A stretch of 64,000 nucleotides of DNA from NCBI GenBank assembly GCA_937139155.1, contig CAKZPI010000037.1, positions 68,195 to 132,194 of the forward strand, in the 5' to 3' direction. The position numbers and the translations under genes were made by a program. The first letter of the stretch is position 1. Each line of letters starts with the position of its first letter. The notes under the pieces were generated by a model, which had not been told where the DNA came from, made no database searches, and saw nothing but the letters and a program-made list of their open reading frames with translations. This stretch comes from an uncultured Flavobacteriales bacterium. Lineage in GTDB: Bacteria; Bacteroidota; Bacteroidia; Flavobacteriales; JBLHRE01. Positions 10,036 to 20,318 of this stretch are shown piece by piece.

Positions 10036-10485
10036 TTACAATACCTTTTTACGATCCTTATTTTCCTGAAAAGGTGGGTGGTTTTCATAGCTTGATTTCG
10101 CTTTTTCATTCATAAGCTTACGCAGGAATGAAGAATTTTTCCTCCCGGTGATTTCAAGCTTCAAGAAGTTTCCTTGCCCGTAAATACTCAGAATCTTGGA
10201 CTTGAAAAGGGATAGTTGATGGTAAGGGATGATCCAAGTAAAATGCCGCTCTCTTTGTTTGAAGAATACCAAAATACCCTTTGGTCTGAGCTCGATACTT
10301 GCCCAGGTAGAATAGGGGGTACGGTTTAGGTAGGGGTAGAACTTAATGCTTGCATCTAAAATTTTCATGCGCTCAGATCCATTCCCCATCATTTGCAGCC
10401 TTTTCATAAGCGTAAAAGGCTTTCCTACCCGGCGGTTGATTTCCTCCCGGACAAGGTCATTCCTATAAGATGTATCATAAATCAT
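10036..10485 (-). CDS. Conserved hypothetical protein
   Basis: 149 aa ORF divergent from purK; GKPF...GNGS..M and IELRPKGI pattern. Confidence 0.65.
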   Translation of the reverse strand: MIYDTSYRNDLVREEINRRVGKPFTLMKRLQMMGNGSERMKILDASIKFYPYLNRTPYSTWASIELRPKGILVFFKQRERHFTWIIPYHQLSLFKSKILSIYGQGNFLKLEITGRKNSSFLRKLMNEKAKSSYENHPPFQENKDRKKVL

Positions 10486-10554
10486 CTGTATTGGTTTACG
10501 TTATTTTCTTTGAATCGGTTGAGTGATTTTTGTCTGTTAACCCATGGAAACCCT

Positions 10555-10562
10555 TATTTTTG
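10555..10562 (+). promoter_or_regulatory. -7 promoter element of purKE
   Basis: TATTTTTG 7 bp before ATG 10570; TTTG at 10529-10532 as a possible -33. Confidence 0.65.
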
Positions 10563-10569
10563 CCCACCT

Positions 10570-11727
10570 ATGAAAAAAGAGTATTTCAGTTCAGATTTTA
10601 AGCTAGGCATGATTGCCGGAGGGCAATTGGGAAAAATGCTAGGCCAGGTTTGTGCCCAATGGGACGTTTCCTTTCACGTTATGGATATGGATGAGTCAGC
10701 GCCTGCTGCAGGTATTGCTGATTCCTGGACCAAAGGGCATTATATGAATGAAGAAGATGTTTATTCCTTTGGTAAGGGAATGGACATGATTACCTATGAG
10801 ATTGAGCATGTGAATGTTCCAGCCTTGCGTCGGTTGAAAGAAGAAGGTGTTCAAATCTATCCAGACCCCGAACATTTGGCCATTATTCAAGATAAGGGTC
10901 TTCAAAAAGCATTTTACAAGGAAAAGGGTATTCCCTCTAGCGCCTTTGATTTTTATGAATCTGGAGAGGTAATCTTGGAAGCCATTAAAGCGGGTAAACT
11001 TGAGTATCCGTTCGTTCAAAAAGCTAGAAGAGCTGGCTACGATGGTAAAGGGGTTGCCGTTATTTCTGGTCCGGCAGATCATGATCAAATTCTACAAACT
11101 GATTCAATCGTTGAGGAGGCCGTAGATATTGAGGTTGAAATTGCGGTGATTGCATCTAGAAATCTTGACGGGGAGGTAAGTACTTTTCCCATGGTGGAAA
11201 TGGAGTTTAATCCCAAGGCCAATTTGGTTGAAAAACTAATTTGCCCTTCTAGGCTATCTAAAGAAATAGAAGAAAAAGCGGACGCTTTGGCGAGGGAAGT
11301 GATTGAGTCTTTCCGGTTGGTAGGCGTTTTGGCGGTGGAAATGTTCCTGGATAAAAAGGGCGAAATTTGGGTAAATGAAGTTGCTCCAAGACCACATAAT
11401 TCAGGCCATCATACCATTGAGTCATCCTTTACCTCTCAGTATGAGCAGCATTTAAGGGCCATATTAAACCTTCCTCAAGGTTCAACGGAATTGATGAAGC
11501 CCGCGGTTATGATTAATCTTTTAGGAGAGCCCGGCCATAAAGGAGCCGTTTATTACGAAGGGATGAAGGAAGCCATGAAGGTTAAAGGGGCAAACTTTCA
11601 TATTTATGGAAAGGCCCATACTCGACCCTTCCGGAAAATGGGACATGTAACCATTCTGGGAAATACCCTTGAAGAAGCCATGGAAGGGGCAGACCAAGTA
11701 AAAAATCTATTAAAAGTTAAATCATGA
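10570..11727 (+). CDS. purK: N5-carboxyaminoimidazole ribonucleotide synthase; start ATG 10570
   Basis: [35 protein letters not shown]...RPFRKMGH. Confidence 0.96.
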   Translation: MKKEYFSSDFKLGMIAGGQLGKMLGQVCAQWDVSFHVMDMDESAPAAGIADSWTKGHYMNEEDVYSFGKGMDMITYEIEHVNVPALRRLKEEGVQIYPDPEHLAIIQDKGLQKAFYKEKGIPSSAFDFYESGEVILEAIKAGKLEYPFVQKARRAGYDGKGVAVISGPADHDQILQTDSIVEEAVDIEVEIAVIASRNLDGEVSTFPMVEMEFNPKANLVEKLICPSRLSKEIEEKADALAREVIESFRLVGVLAVEMFLDKKGEIWVNEVAPRPHNSGHHTIESSFTSQYEQHLRAILNLPQGSTELMKPAVMINLLGEPGHKGAVYYEGMKEAMKVKGANFHIYGKAHTRPFRKMGHVTILGNTLEEAMEGADQVKNLLKVKS

Positions 11728-12221
11728 GCAATCCGCTGGTAAGTATAATTATGGGTTCTGATTCAGACCTTCCTGTAATGGAAGCTGCTGCTGAAATGTT
11801 GAAAGAATTCAAAGTGCCTTTTGAGATTACTGTGGTTTCGGCCCATAGAACTCCTGACCGCCTAGTTGAATTTAGCAAGGAGGCTCATAAAAGGGGAGTT
11901 AAGGTAATCATTGCCGGTGCAGGAGGGGCTGCTCACCTTCCTGGAATGGTTGCTTCCATTTCACCCCTGCCCGTTATTGGGGTTCCCGTTAAATCTTCAA
12001 ACTCCATTGATGGTTGGGATTCCATTTTAAGCATTTTACAGATGCCCGGAGGTATCCCCGTGGCTACGGTTGCCTTGAATGGGGCAAAGAATGCCGGAAT
12101 TCTTGCAGCGGAAATCCTTTCGGTTGGAGATGATGAACTGCAACAACGTTTGATCAACTATAAGGAAGATTTGAAAAACGCAGTCTTGGAAAAGGCTAAA
12201 AAGGTAGAATCAAGGAATTAA
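11724..12221 (+). CDS. purE: N5-CAIR mutase
   Basis: [39 protein letters not shown]. Confidence 0.97.
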   Translation: MSNPLVSIIMGSDSDLPVMEAAAEMLKEFKVPFEITVVSAHRTPDRLVEFSKEAHKRGVKVIIAGAGGAAHLPGMVASISPLPVIGVPVKSSNSIDGWDSILSILQMPGGIPVATVALNGAKNAGILAAEILSVGDDELQQRLINYKEDLKNAVLEKAKKVESRN

Positions 12222-12289
12222 TCAAACCCAGGGGGGTTATAAATCCATTTGGCCCATAAATCGCTGAGTTTTCTTTGGTTAAGTTGCCC

Positions 12290-12886
12290 TTATACGGTCA
12301 TGGCATGAAGGATTCCATGAACTCTTCTTCTTAAATCTGGAATCACATCTTCTTCAAACCATGCATTTTTGTTTAACCAAAAACGATTCCTTGGTGAGGG
12401 ATGCGGAAGGGGAAAAAACCTGGGTAAATAATCCTTAAAATCACGAACCCTTTGGGTCAGGGTTGTTTTTGCTGTTTTTGGTAAATAATAAGCCTGGGCA
12501 TATTGACCTACCAATAAGGTTAGCTCAAGGTTTGGCATTTTTTCTAAAAGTAGATTATGCCAGGTTGGGGCGCATTCGGCCCGAGGGGGAAGGTCACCGG
12601 AATTTCCTTTTCCTGGATAACAAAATCCCATGGGCACAATGGCGAAAATCTCAGGTTGGTAAAACAAGCCAGACCCCACATTTAACCATTTCCTAAGCTG
12701 GTCTCCTGAGGGGTCATTCCAAGGGATTCCTGAACGATGAACCTTGGCTCCAGGAGCTTGACCAATGATGCAAATTTTGCTATTCTCATGAGCTCTGACT
12801 ATGGGTCTTGGCTCATTGGGTAGGTTTTCCTTACAAAGACTACATGAATTAATATTAGTCAAAAGGGTGGTAAGGTTGGAGTTCAT
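12290..12886 (-). CDS. Uracil-DNA glycosylase superfamily protein
   Basis: GQAPG, D.SG..LR.WL, MGFCYPG, HPSPRN. Confidence 0.9.
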   Translation of the reverse strand: MNSNLTTLLTNINSCSLCKENLPNEPRPIVRAHENSKICIIGQAPGAKVHRSGIPWNDPSGDQLRKWLNVGSGLFYQPEIFAIVPMGFCYPGKGNSGDLPPRAECAPTWHNLLLEKMPNLELTLLVGQYAQAYYLPKTAKTTLTQRVRDFKDYLPRFFPLPHPSPRNRFWLNKNAWFEEDVIPDLRRRVHGILHAMTV

Positions 12887-12893
12887 GGTGGCC

Positions 12894-13472
12894 TTATTTT
12901 AAAGAAAGTTCGAACCGGTTTACTTCTTGTTCAAAGTTTATGGAGCCAGGTACGGTTCTATGGGTTTTAATTAATTCAAATCCACAGTTTTTAAGAACCC
13001 CTTGCACCTCAAAATTGTCGGATTTCGGTTCAGCAATTAATTTTTTGAGCTTTAAAGCTTCCGCCATATGAGCAATGGTGTCAATCATCCATTTGGTTCC
13101 ATAGCCCTTGCCTCTAAATTCTTGGCGCCAAAGATGAAGGTGAATCCAAGCTTCTTCACCAAATTGTGTAGGATTGGTATTTGAATGTCCAACGGGTAAA
13201 CCATTGTAAGTCCAAATTACCCCATAAGAATTTCGGTGGGGTATGGGCAGGGAAAGTTGATTGGATAAGGTTTGGATGATTGATTCTGAGTCAGGAAGTT
13301 TTTCAGGGTCGACTCCGATTCGGGCCATTTCCTTTTCATTTAAACCATTCCAATAGCTGGCTATAGCGGGTAAATCATGGGGCTCAATGGGCCTAATTTT
13401 TAAGGCGGTTTTGAGGGTCGTTGGATTTTTCATAGCGGTGGGGTTTGGTTGTTCTCCCCAAATCAATTCCAC
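12894..13472 (-). CDS. GNAT (RimJ/RimL-like) N-acetyltransferase
   Basis: HLW...RGKGYGT acetyl-CoA motif; N...L...GF. Confidence 0.85.
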   Translation of the reverse strand: MELIWGEQPNPTAMKNPTTLKTALKIRPIEPHDLPAIASYWNGLNEKEMARIGVDPEKLPDSESIIQTLSNQLSLPIPHRNSYGVIWTYNGLPVGHSNTNPTQFGEEAWIHLHLWRQEFRGKGYGTKWMIDTIAHMAEALKLKKLIAEPKSDNFEVQGVLKNCGFELIKTHRTVPGSINFEQEVNRFELSLK

Positions 13473-13514
13473 TCACCTTTAGAAACTTGAAATACGTTTT
13501 ATTAAATGAATCGG

Positions 13515-14264
13515 CTATGAATTGGGAACTCCAATATACACATATTCCGAATTGGAATGAAATATCCCATCTAAGTCTTTGAAGTTTAGTTCGTTGTGGT
13601 TGTGGAGCCAGTTTCGAACCGAATAGAGCTTGTAATTATGCTTTTTCACCAGAAGGTTCCATAGGCTTTGAACCCCGTTCTGATAGTATTCAGGAGCGTC
13701 TTGATCAAAGGAAAAAAGCAGGTAAGGATTGGAGGATTTAAGTAAGCTTTCGGCTCCTTCCAAAATTTGATATTCAGCTCCTCCACCGGAAATTTTTATG
13801 AGGTCAATCTTTTCATGCCAATCTTGAGGTATGGCTTTGTCAAGGGTTAATTGCTCAACCATGATCTCTTTGTAATCAGGGGTGAAACAAGTTGATTTTC
13901 TAGGTCTTAGGCTAGAAAAGGATAAATCGTTTTCACAATGGAAATAGGGGGTAGTTTTGGAAGCGTTTCCTAGGGCCTTCTGAAATACGGAAACCTTTGT
14001 ATTGGAGAATTTGTTTTTTAATTCCTCGGAAAGGATTGGGGAGGGTTCAAAAGCCCAATGATTTCCATTGCTGGCTCTTCTTGCAAAAATCTTTGAAGCT
14101 TCTCCACTATAGGCCCCAATATCAATGCAATTCGAATCTGGAGTTAACAATCGTTTACAAACCTTTCGAACCAAAAAATCATATTCAAGATTCTTGGTGA
14201 TGTCCATCCCTAAAAAAAGTAGGGTAGAACGTAATACCGGCTTCAAGCCGCGAGCAGTGTTCAT
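13515..14264 (-). CDS. FkbM family methyltransferase (degenerate motifs)
   Basis: IDIGAYSG, AFEP, LD...IDLIKI...GAE. Confidence 0.75.
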   Translation of the reverse strand: MNTARGLKPVLRSTLLFLGMDITKNLEYDFLVRKVCKRLLTPDSNCIDIGAYSGEASKIFARRASNGNHWAFEPSPILSEELKNKFSNTKVSVFQKALGNASKTTPYFHCENDLSFSSLRPRKSTCFTPDYKEIMVEQLTLDKAIPQDWHEKIDLIKISGGGAEYQILEGAESLLKSSNPYLLFSFDQDAPEYYQNGVQSLWNLLVKKHNYKLYSVRNWLHNHNELNFKDLDGIFHSNSEYVYIGVPNS

Positions 14265-14332
14265 CTTCAGATGGCGTGGGTTAGATGAGGATAAATATAG
14301 TTTGTTTTTTAATACTACCTCGAAAAAAAATC

Positions 14333-14923
14333 TCAGGATGACCGATTCCTATCCAAAAGAACCTGTTCAATATCAGAAAATTGCAAGTCCAGCTTTCGGA
14401 TAAGAACGAGTAAATGATAAAGAAGGTCTGCCGATTCTTCAAGAAATTTTGGCTTGTCTCCTTTGATTGCTTCAATCAAGGTTTCGGTGGCCTCTTCTCC
14501 CAATTTCTGGGCTATTTTTGAAATGGGACCACGGAGCAAATAAGCAGAATAAGAATCCTTTGGATGTTCTTGCATTTTGCTTTGAATAAGGTCCTCTAGT
14601 TCATAAATAAACCCTTTTTCACCCGTATCTCCGAAACAGGTTTGGCTTCCTTTGTGGCATACCGGGCCTGTGGGCTCGGCTTGAATCAGTAAGGTATCTT
14701 GATCGCAGTCTTCTTTCCAAGAAATGAGTTCTAGGAAGTTTCCAGAGCTTTCGCCTTTCACCCAAATCCTATTTTTTGATCTTGAGAAAAAGCTCACTTT
14801 CTTAGAGGTTAGGGTTAAGTCAAAGGCTTCCTGGTTCATGTAGCCAAGCATGAGAACATCCTTGGTTCTATGGTCTTGAATAATGGCAGGAATCAATCCT
14901 TGTCCTTTTGAAAAATTTAACAT
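14333..14923 (-). CDS. hisIE: Bifunctional phosphoribosyl-AMP cyclohydrolase / phosphoribosyl-ATP pyrophosphatase
   Basis: VLMLGYMN, SRSK..IW.KGESSGN, DCDQD, GPVCH.G..TCF, QKLGEEA, ESADLLYH. Confidence 0.96.
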   Translation of the reverse strand: MLNFSKGQGLIPAIIQDHRTKDVLMLGYMNQEAFDLTLTSKKVSFFSRSKNRIWVKGESSGNFLELISWKEDCDQDTLLIQAEPTGPVCHKGSQTCFGDTGEKGFIYELEDLIQSKMQEHPKDSYSAYLLRGPISKIAQKLGEEATETLIEAIKGDKPKFLEESADLLYHLLVLIRKLDLQFSDIEQVLLDRNRSS

Positions 14924-15675
14924 GATCGGATGGGGATGTTATTGGATATTAGAAATTCTTTTAAGGTAGGAATGGATACTTCATTCCTGTGAAATATTCC
15001 GGCGGCAAGCCCAGCTTCTACCGCTGTGTTTTGAAACAATTCCAGGAAATCACTTGGTGAACCAGCACCACCGCTAGCTATTATTGGGATGGAAACTTTT
15101 TCGGATAATTTTACCAATGCTTTAAGGTCGAAGCCGGCTTGGGTGCCGTCATGGCTCATGCTGGTTAGGAGTATTTCCCCTGCTCCAAAATCTTCTCCCT
15201 CTTTGGCCCAATCAAGAACGGGTTTTGAGGTTTTCATTTTGCCCCCTTGAATGGCCACCCGGAATTCATGATGTTCATAGTACCCATCGATGGCAAGAAT
15301 AACGGCCTGTTTTCCGAACTTGGTTTTTACCTCTGAAATCAAACTCGGAGTACGAAAAGCCGCCGTATTCAAGCTTAGTTTATCCGCTCCAGCTTCAATT
15401 ACTTTTGTGGCATCTTCAAGGGAGGATATTCCGCCGCCAACGGTGAATGGAATAGAGAGCTTCCTACCCATTTCTTCCACCCATTTAAGATTGGTTTTTG
15501 ATTTTGATGGACTTGCTTTAATGTCTAAGAATACCAGCTCATCAACTCCTTGATCCTGGTATTTCATGGCAAGTTCAATGGGGTTTCCTAAATCCTTGAG
15601 ATGTATGAAATTGGTTCCTTTCACCACCCTTCCGTCCTGAACATCGAGGCAAGCAATGATTCTTTTCTTAAGCAT
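14917..15675 (-). CDS. hisF: Imidazole glycerol phosphate synthase cyclase subunit
   Basis: RII.CLDV..GRVVKG, DELVFLDI, PFTVGGGI, GAGEILLTSM..DGT..G. Confidence 0.96.
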   Translation of the reverse strand: MLKKRIIACLDVQDGRVVKGTNFIHLKDLGNPIELAMKYQDQGVDELVFLDIKASPSKSKTNLKWVEEMGRKLSIPFTVGGGISSLEDATKVIEAGADKLSLNTAAFRTPSLISEVKTKFGKQAVILAIDGYYEHHEFRVAIQGGKMKTSKPVLDWAKEGEDFGAGEILLTSMSHDGTQAGFDLKALVKLSEKVSIPIIASGGAGSPSDFLELFQNTAVEAGLAAGIFHRNEVSIPTLKEFLISNNIPIRSC

Positions 15676-16384
15676 AGTCGGTCCAGTATTTTAAGGGAGT
15701 TTCTTTTTGGTGAAGGGCCTTGCCCAAAATGCATTCTTGTACTCCAATTGACTCCAAAGCCCGAAGGTCATCGTGGTTTCGAATACCTCCACTGGCAATG
15801 AGCTCAAGGGTAGGAAAGGTTTTTAAGATTTCTTTATAAAGGCTAATACTCGGACCGGTCAGGGTTCCATCCCTAGATATGTCCGTAGAAATTACCTTCT
15901 TCAATCCATGGTCAAGAAAACTTTCAATTAAGGGTTTCCATGATTGTTTGCTTTTAGAAACCCAACCTTGGGTTCTGATTTCACCATCGAGTAAATCAAG
16001 AGAAAGCACCAGCTTTTCGGGACCAAACTCCCTTAACCAGTTTTTGAATTCCTCAGGATTTGAAACGGCAAAAGAGCCAATACAGATCTGGCTTGCACCA
16101 AGACTCAGCATCTTTGAAACCTCTTCAGGGCTTCGAATACCTCCACTATAGTCAATGCTTAACTTGGTTTTCTTGGCGATTTCCTCGAGGATGGATACAT
16201 GAACAGGGCTTCCAGACTTGGCTCCTTCTAGGTCTACCAAATGTAGGCGGGTAAAACCTTCCCTTTCCAATTCAAGGGACTGAGTGAGCGGGTTATCGTA
16301 ATAGACTTTTTTCTGGCTGAACTTACCTTTGAAAAGGCGAACAGACTTGTTCTCATATAGGTCTATGGCAGGGATGATTTTCAT
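15668..16384 (-). CDS. hisA: ProFAR isomerase
   Basis: IIPAIDL, LHLVDLEGA, GGIR, TDISRDGTL.G, IASGG. Confidence 0.95.
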   Translation of the reverse strand: MKIIPAIDLYENKSVRLFKGKFSQKKVYYDNPLTQSLELEREGFTRLHLVDLEGAKSGSPVHVSILEEIAKKTKLSIDYSGGIRSPEEVSKMLSLGASQICIGSFAVSNPEEFKNWLREFGPEKLVLSLDLLDGEIRTQGWVSKSKQSWKPLIESFLDHGLKKVISTDISRDGTLTGPSISLYKEILKTFPTLELIASGGIRNHDDLRALESIGVQECILGKALHQKETPLKYWTDYA

Positions 16385-16956
16385 TGGAAATAATTTTTAA
16401 GAATGGAAGCGCCCAAGTCTCCAGATTTTTCTGGGTGAAACTGAACTCCTAGATAGTTTTCATATTGAATCGCGGCAGAAAAATCTTCGCCATAAGTAGC
16501 AATGCCCACGGTATATGGGTTTACTTCCATGGCGTATCCGTGAACGAAGTACTGGCAGTTGCCAAAGGGAATAAATGTTTCAGCTGGGCTAAGACCTTGA
16601 CGAACTTCATTCCAGCCGGTATGAATCTGCCTTGGTCCTTTTTTGAGTCTTTGAACCCTTGTTTTAAAAATACCAAGGCCTTGGACGTTTCCTTCCTCAA
16701 GCCATTCTCCCATGATCTGCATGCCAAGGCAAATGCCCATGATCTTTCCTTGATAGCTTAGAAGGTCTTTGATCAAATCCTTTTCTTCAAGTTGGGCCAT
16801 GGCTTGTTTGGCTGACCCCACTCCAGGAATAATGATTCCGGAAGATTTCTTGAAAATCAAGGGGGAGTCATCAACGGTAAACTCAAGACCCAATCGCTGT
16901 AAAGCATTGGAAACAGATTTTACATTGCCTGCCCCGTAGTTTAAAATTCCAATCAT
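16381..16956 (-). CDS. hisH: Imidazole glycerol phosphate synthase glutaminase subunit
   Basis: NYGAGN, PGVG, GICLGMQ, YFVHGY, QFHPEKSG. Confidence 0.95.
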   Translation of the reverse strand: MIGILNYGAGNVKSVSNALQRLGLEFTVDDSPLIFKKSSGIIIPGVGSAKQAMAQLEEKDLIKDLLSYQGKIMGICLGMQIMGEWLEEGNVQGLGIFKTRVQRLKKGPRQIHTGWNEVRQGLSPAETFIPFGNCQYFVHGYAMEVNPYTVGIATYGEDFSAAIQYENYLGVQFHPEKSGDLGASILKNYFQ

Positions 16957-18041
16957 AAGGCTCCTTTTGAACTAGGGGTTTCTATTTGATTTGAGGTTTC
17001 AATGGCCTGCCTAAGGCATTTGGCAAAACCCTTGAATATGCTCTCAATTTTATGGTGTTCGTTTTCACCCCTGCATTTGATTTGAACATTGGCCAGGGCG
17101 GCATCTGAAAAGGATTTGAAGAAATGCTTAAACATTTCCGTTGGACAATCACCGATTTTCTCTCGCCTGAATTCAGCATCCCATACCAATTGGGGCCTTC
17201 CACCAAAGTCTAAAGCAATCTGAGCTTGAGCCTCATCCATAGGAAGTAAAAATCCATACCGGTTAATGCCTTTTTTATTTCCTAAGGCTTTCTTAAACCC
17301 TTGACCAAGCACCAAGGCTACATCTTCCATAACATGGTGTTCATCAACCTCTAAATCGCCTTCAACCTTGAGCTCAAGGTCAATGTTCCCGTGGTATACC
17401 CATTGCTCAAGCATATGGTTTAGGAATCCCAATCCGGTATCAATTTTTGAAACTTGGTTACCGTTTAGGTTCAGGCAAAGAGAAATGTCAGATTCACGGG
17501 TTTTCCTCTCCAAGTTTACCTTTCGGTGAACCCCTTTTAAAATTCCAACCACCTCTTTCCAGGAATTGGTGTTTTCGGTGGCCAAGGGGTTTGATTCTGA
17601 GGATAGGAAAATGGCTTTGGTGCCGAGGTTTTTAGCGAATTCTAAATCACTAATCCGGTCTCCAATCACCCAGGAGTTTTCCAAATCATAAGCTTCGTTT
17701 TGGTAATGCCTTACCAGCCCGGTATTGGGTTTCCTGAATTCACTTTTATCTTCCGGAAAGGATGGGTCTATTAAAACTTCTTTAAAAGCAACCCCTTCCC
17801 CTTCAAAGGTTCTAATGATTAAATCATGAAGGGCTTGAAAATCGGCCGTGGGAAATGATTCCGTGCCCAGTCCGTCTTGGTTTGAAACCATAACCAATTC
17901 GTAATCGGTGGTTTTTACAATTTCCCGTAAGGCGGATATGGCCCCAGGGTAAAACTTCAACTTTTCAATGGAGTCGATTTGCTCATCTTCAGGTTCAAGG
18001 ATGAGGGTTCCGTCGCGGTCAATAAACAGTACTTTCTTCAC
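16953..18041 (-). CDS. hisB: Bifunctional histidinol-phosphatase / IGP dehydratase (HisNB), GTG start
   Basis: N-terminal HAD FIDRDGTL, RKP, GDR; C-terminal DEHH, DEA, NEHHKIE. Confidence 0.96.
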   Translation of the reverse strand: MKKVLFIDRDGTLILEPEDEQIDSIEKLKFYPGAISALREIVKTTDYELVMVSNQDGLGTESFPTADFQALHDLIIRTFEGEGVAFKEVLIDPSFPEDKSEFRKPNTGLVRHYQNEAYDLENSWVIGDRISDLEFAKNLGTKAIFLSSESNPLATENTNSWKEVVGILKGVHRKVNLERKTRESDISLCLNLNGNQVSKIDTGLGFLNHMLEQWVYHGNIDLELKVEGDLEVDEHHVMEDVALVLGQGFKKALGNKKGINRYGFLLPMDEAQAQIALDFGGRPQLVWDAEFRREKIGDCPTEMFKHFFKSFSDAALANVQIKCRGENEHHKIESIFKGFAKCLRQAIETSNQIETPSSKGAL

Positions 18042-19059
18042 AATAGAAGGATTTAAGAAGGGTCATTAATTTTTGATTTTGTTGAGGGGTGCCAATGCTT
18101 ATTCTCAATGCATTGGCACGTATTTCTGAGCGGTCTCGTATTCGAATTCCTTGGGTTTTAAGGAAGCCTTGTAAATCAGGGGCTCTTTGAAATTCTACAA
18201 GCAGGAAGTTTGCTTGGGAAGACCAGACTTTTATTACCTGAGGAATTGAATTTAGAAAGCTTTCGAGTTTGGCTCTTTCTTGAAGAATAATTTGAATTTT
18301 CTTTTGGAAATCAGGTATTCCATCAATGATTTTAAGTCCTTCTCTCTGGCTTAAACTGCTAAGGTTATAAGGGAGCTTAATGGAGTAAAGCTTTTCAATT
18401 AAATAGGGGTTTCCCAAAGCATAACCCAACCGAATTCCTGCGGAAGCAAAAGCCTTAGAAAGGGTTCGAATGATGATTAGGTTGGGGTAATCCTTCCTCA
18501 GTTCTAGAACAGAGTTTCCAGAACTAAATTCAATATAGGCTTCATCCACAACCAAAACTCCATTCATCAGCTTCAACCAGTTTTCAATAGTCTCCAGGCT
18601 GAATTGATTTCCTGTGGGATTATTTGGGGAGCATAAAATGCAAAGCTTAGACTTGATTACATCCTCAGGGGGCAATTTTGGCAATTGAAAATTTTCATCC
18701 AATTCGAATTGGAAGAGATTCAGGCCTTGAATTTGAGCTTGAATTTTATACATCCCATAAGTTTCCTTGGGAATTGCCAGATAGCCTTGATTTGGCAATA
18801 GAAATAGTCGAAGAATCAGATCAATGCACTCGTCAGAACCAGATCCCATGAAAATGGAATTGATGGGAAGATCAAGGCATTCACCAAGTTTTTTACGAAG
18901 GTCGAAATGGTTTGGATCGGGGTATCTAGAATAGGGCTCACCGAAGGGAGACTCATTGGCATCTAAGATGATTTCTTCCTGGGTAGGCAGTTTTGCTTTG
19001 GCCATTGAGTAGGACTCAAAGTTTTTTAGGTCAGGTCGTATTAGGTTTTCAGGATTCAT
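18019..19059 (-). CDS. hisC: Histidinol-phosphate aminotransferase; start ATG 19059
   Basis: LDANE, RYPDP, GSDE, SPNNPTG, VVDEAY, RTLSKAF...R.GY. Confidence 0.94.
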   Translation of the reverse strand: MNPENLIRPDLKNFESYSMAKAKLPTQEEIILDANESPFGEPYSRYPDPNHFDLRKKLGECLDLPINSIFMGSGSDECIDLILRLFLLPNQGYLAIPKETYGMYKIQAQIQGLNLFQFELDENFQLPKLPPEDVIKSKLCILCSPNNPTGNQFSLETIENWLKLMNGVLVVDEAYIEFSSGNSVLELRKDYPNLIIIRTLSKAFASAGIRLGYALGNPYLIEKLYSIKLPYNLSSLSQREGLKIIDGIPDFQKKIQIILQERAKLESFLNSIPQVIKVWSSQANFLLVEFQRAPDLQGFLKTQGIRIRDRSEIRANALRISIGTPQQNQKLMTLLKSFYCEESTVY

Positions 19060-20318
19060 TTGCAACGAATTTTAAGCGATTGAGCGTGAGCCATTAAACC
19101 CTCAGCTTCTGCCAAGGTTTCCACGGTTTTTGAAATGGATTTTAGTCCGGAAAGGTTGATTTCTTGAACCGTCATTGACTTCATGAAACTCATCAAGCTC
19201 ACCCCACCATAAGCTTTTGCTGCTCCTCCGGTAGGAAGGGTGTGATTGGTCCCCGATGCATAATCTCCAGCAGCTTCCGGTGAATGATTTCCTAAGAAAA
19301 TGGAACCTGCATTTTTAATTTCATCAAGCCATGATCTCGGGGCTTTTACCTGGAGGCTTAGGTGTTCTGGAGCGTAAGAGTTAATAATGCTCAGAGCCTG
19401 ACCCTTATCCTCAAGCTCAACAACCACGGAAGTTTTAAGGGCCTCTTTTATTATTTCCTTTCGGGGAAGGGATTCCGTTTGAACCTTAATTTCTTTTTGA
19501 ATTTTTGAGGGCAAGGAAGAATCAAGACATAGACATACCACTTGTGCATCTGCACTATGTTCAGCTTGCGACAGGAGGTCGGATACAAGATAGCTGGGAT
19601 TTGCTGTACGGTCAGCAACAACCATTAGCTCAGAAGGGCCGGCTGGAAGATCTATGGCAATGCCTTGAGCCTGAACCTGTTTTTTTGCTTCGTTCACAAA
19701 AGAATTTCCCGGACCGAAAATCTTATCAACCTTAGGAATGCTTTCCGTTCCATAGGCCATAGCGGCAATGGCTTGAGCACCTCCAAGCATTAAAATTTCA
19801 TCAATTCCCAAAAAAGCGGCCAAGGCCAAAATTTTAGGGTCAGGACTTTGATTTTTGGTGGGCGGACTGGCCACGATGATTTCTGAAACTCCAGCCAGCT
19901 TGGCAGGAATAAACAACATGATAAGGCTAGACAATAAGGGAGCCGTTCCGGCTGGAACATAAAGCCCCACCCTTTGAACCGGGCTATAAAGCATCTCGCA
20001 AGTAATTCCTGACATAGGATTGATTTTGAGGGGCTTTGGAACTTGAGCCTTGTGGAATATTTCAATATTGCTCACCGCTTCTTGAAAAGCTGATTTCAAG
20101 TTTTCCGGAATTTCAAGGTCTTTGGGAACCGGATAGAAAAGCTGGTCTAATTCAACCCCATCAAAGGATTTGGTGAAAGACTTAAGAGATTGGTCGCCCT
20201 TTAGCTTCACTTCATTCAAAATAGACTCAACCTTAACCTTTAAATTTTCGGCAAATCCCTCAGGCCTTTTCAAGGCTTGAATTAGGTCGGGTTCGGAAGG
20301 GTTTTTCAGGTAAATCAT
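19056..20318 (-). CDS. hisD: Histidinol dehydrogenase
   Basis: GGAQAIAA.AYGT, KIFGPGN, AGPSE, SQAEH, APEHL, GDY.SGTNH.LPT. Confidence 0.97.
   Translation of the reverse strand: MIYLKNPSEPDLIQALKRPEGFAENLKVKVESILNEVKLKGDQSLKSFTKSFDGVELDQLFYPVPKDLEIPENLKSAFQEAVSNIEIFHKAQVPKPLKINPMSGITCEMLYSPVQRVGLYVPAGTAPLLSSLIMLFIPAKLAGVSEIIVASPPTKNQSPDPKILALAAFLGIDEILMLGGAQAIAAMAYGTESIPKVDKIFGPGNSFVNEAKKQVQAQGIAIDLPAGPSELMVVADRTANPSYLVSDLLSQAEHSADAQVVCLCLDSSLPSKIQKEIKVQTESLPRKEIIKEALKTSVVVELEDKGQALSIINSYAPEHLSLQVKAPRSWLDEIKNAGSIFLGNHSPEAAGDYASGTNHTLPTGGAAKAYGGVSLMSFMKSMTVQEINLSGLKSISKTVETLAEAEGLMAHAQSLKIRCK

Noticed and set aside
10393-10569. 59-aa N-terminal extension of PurK in the ORF track (similar extensions for 6337, 41941, 46722, 48156, 55559, 56034)
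   Set aside because: They overlap neighbouring genes or promoters and precede the recognisable family N-terminus; downstream ATGs were used.
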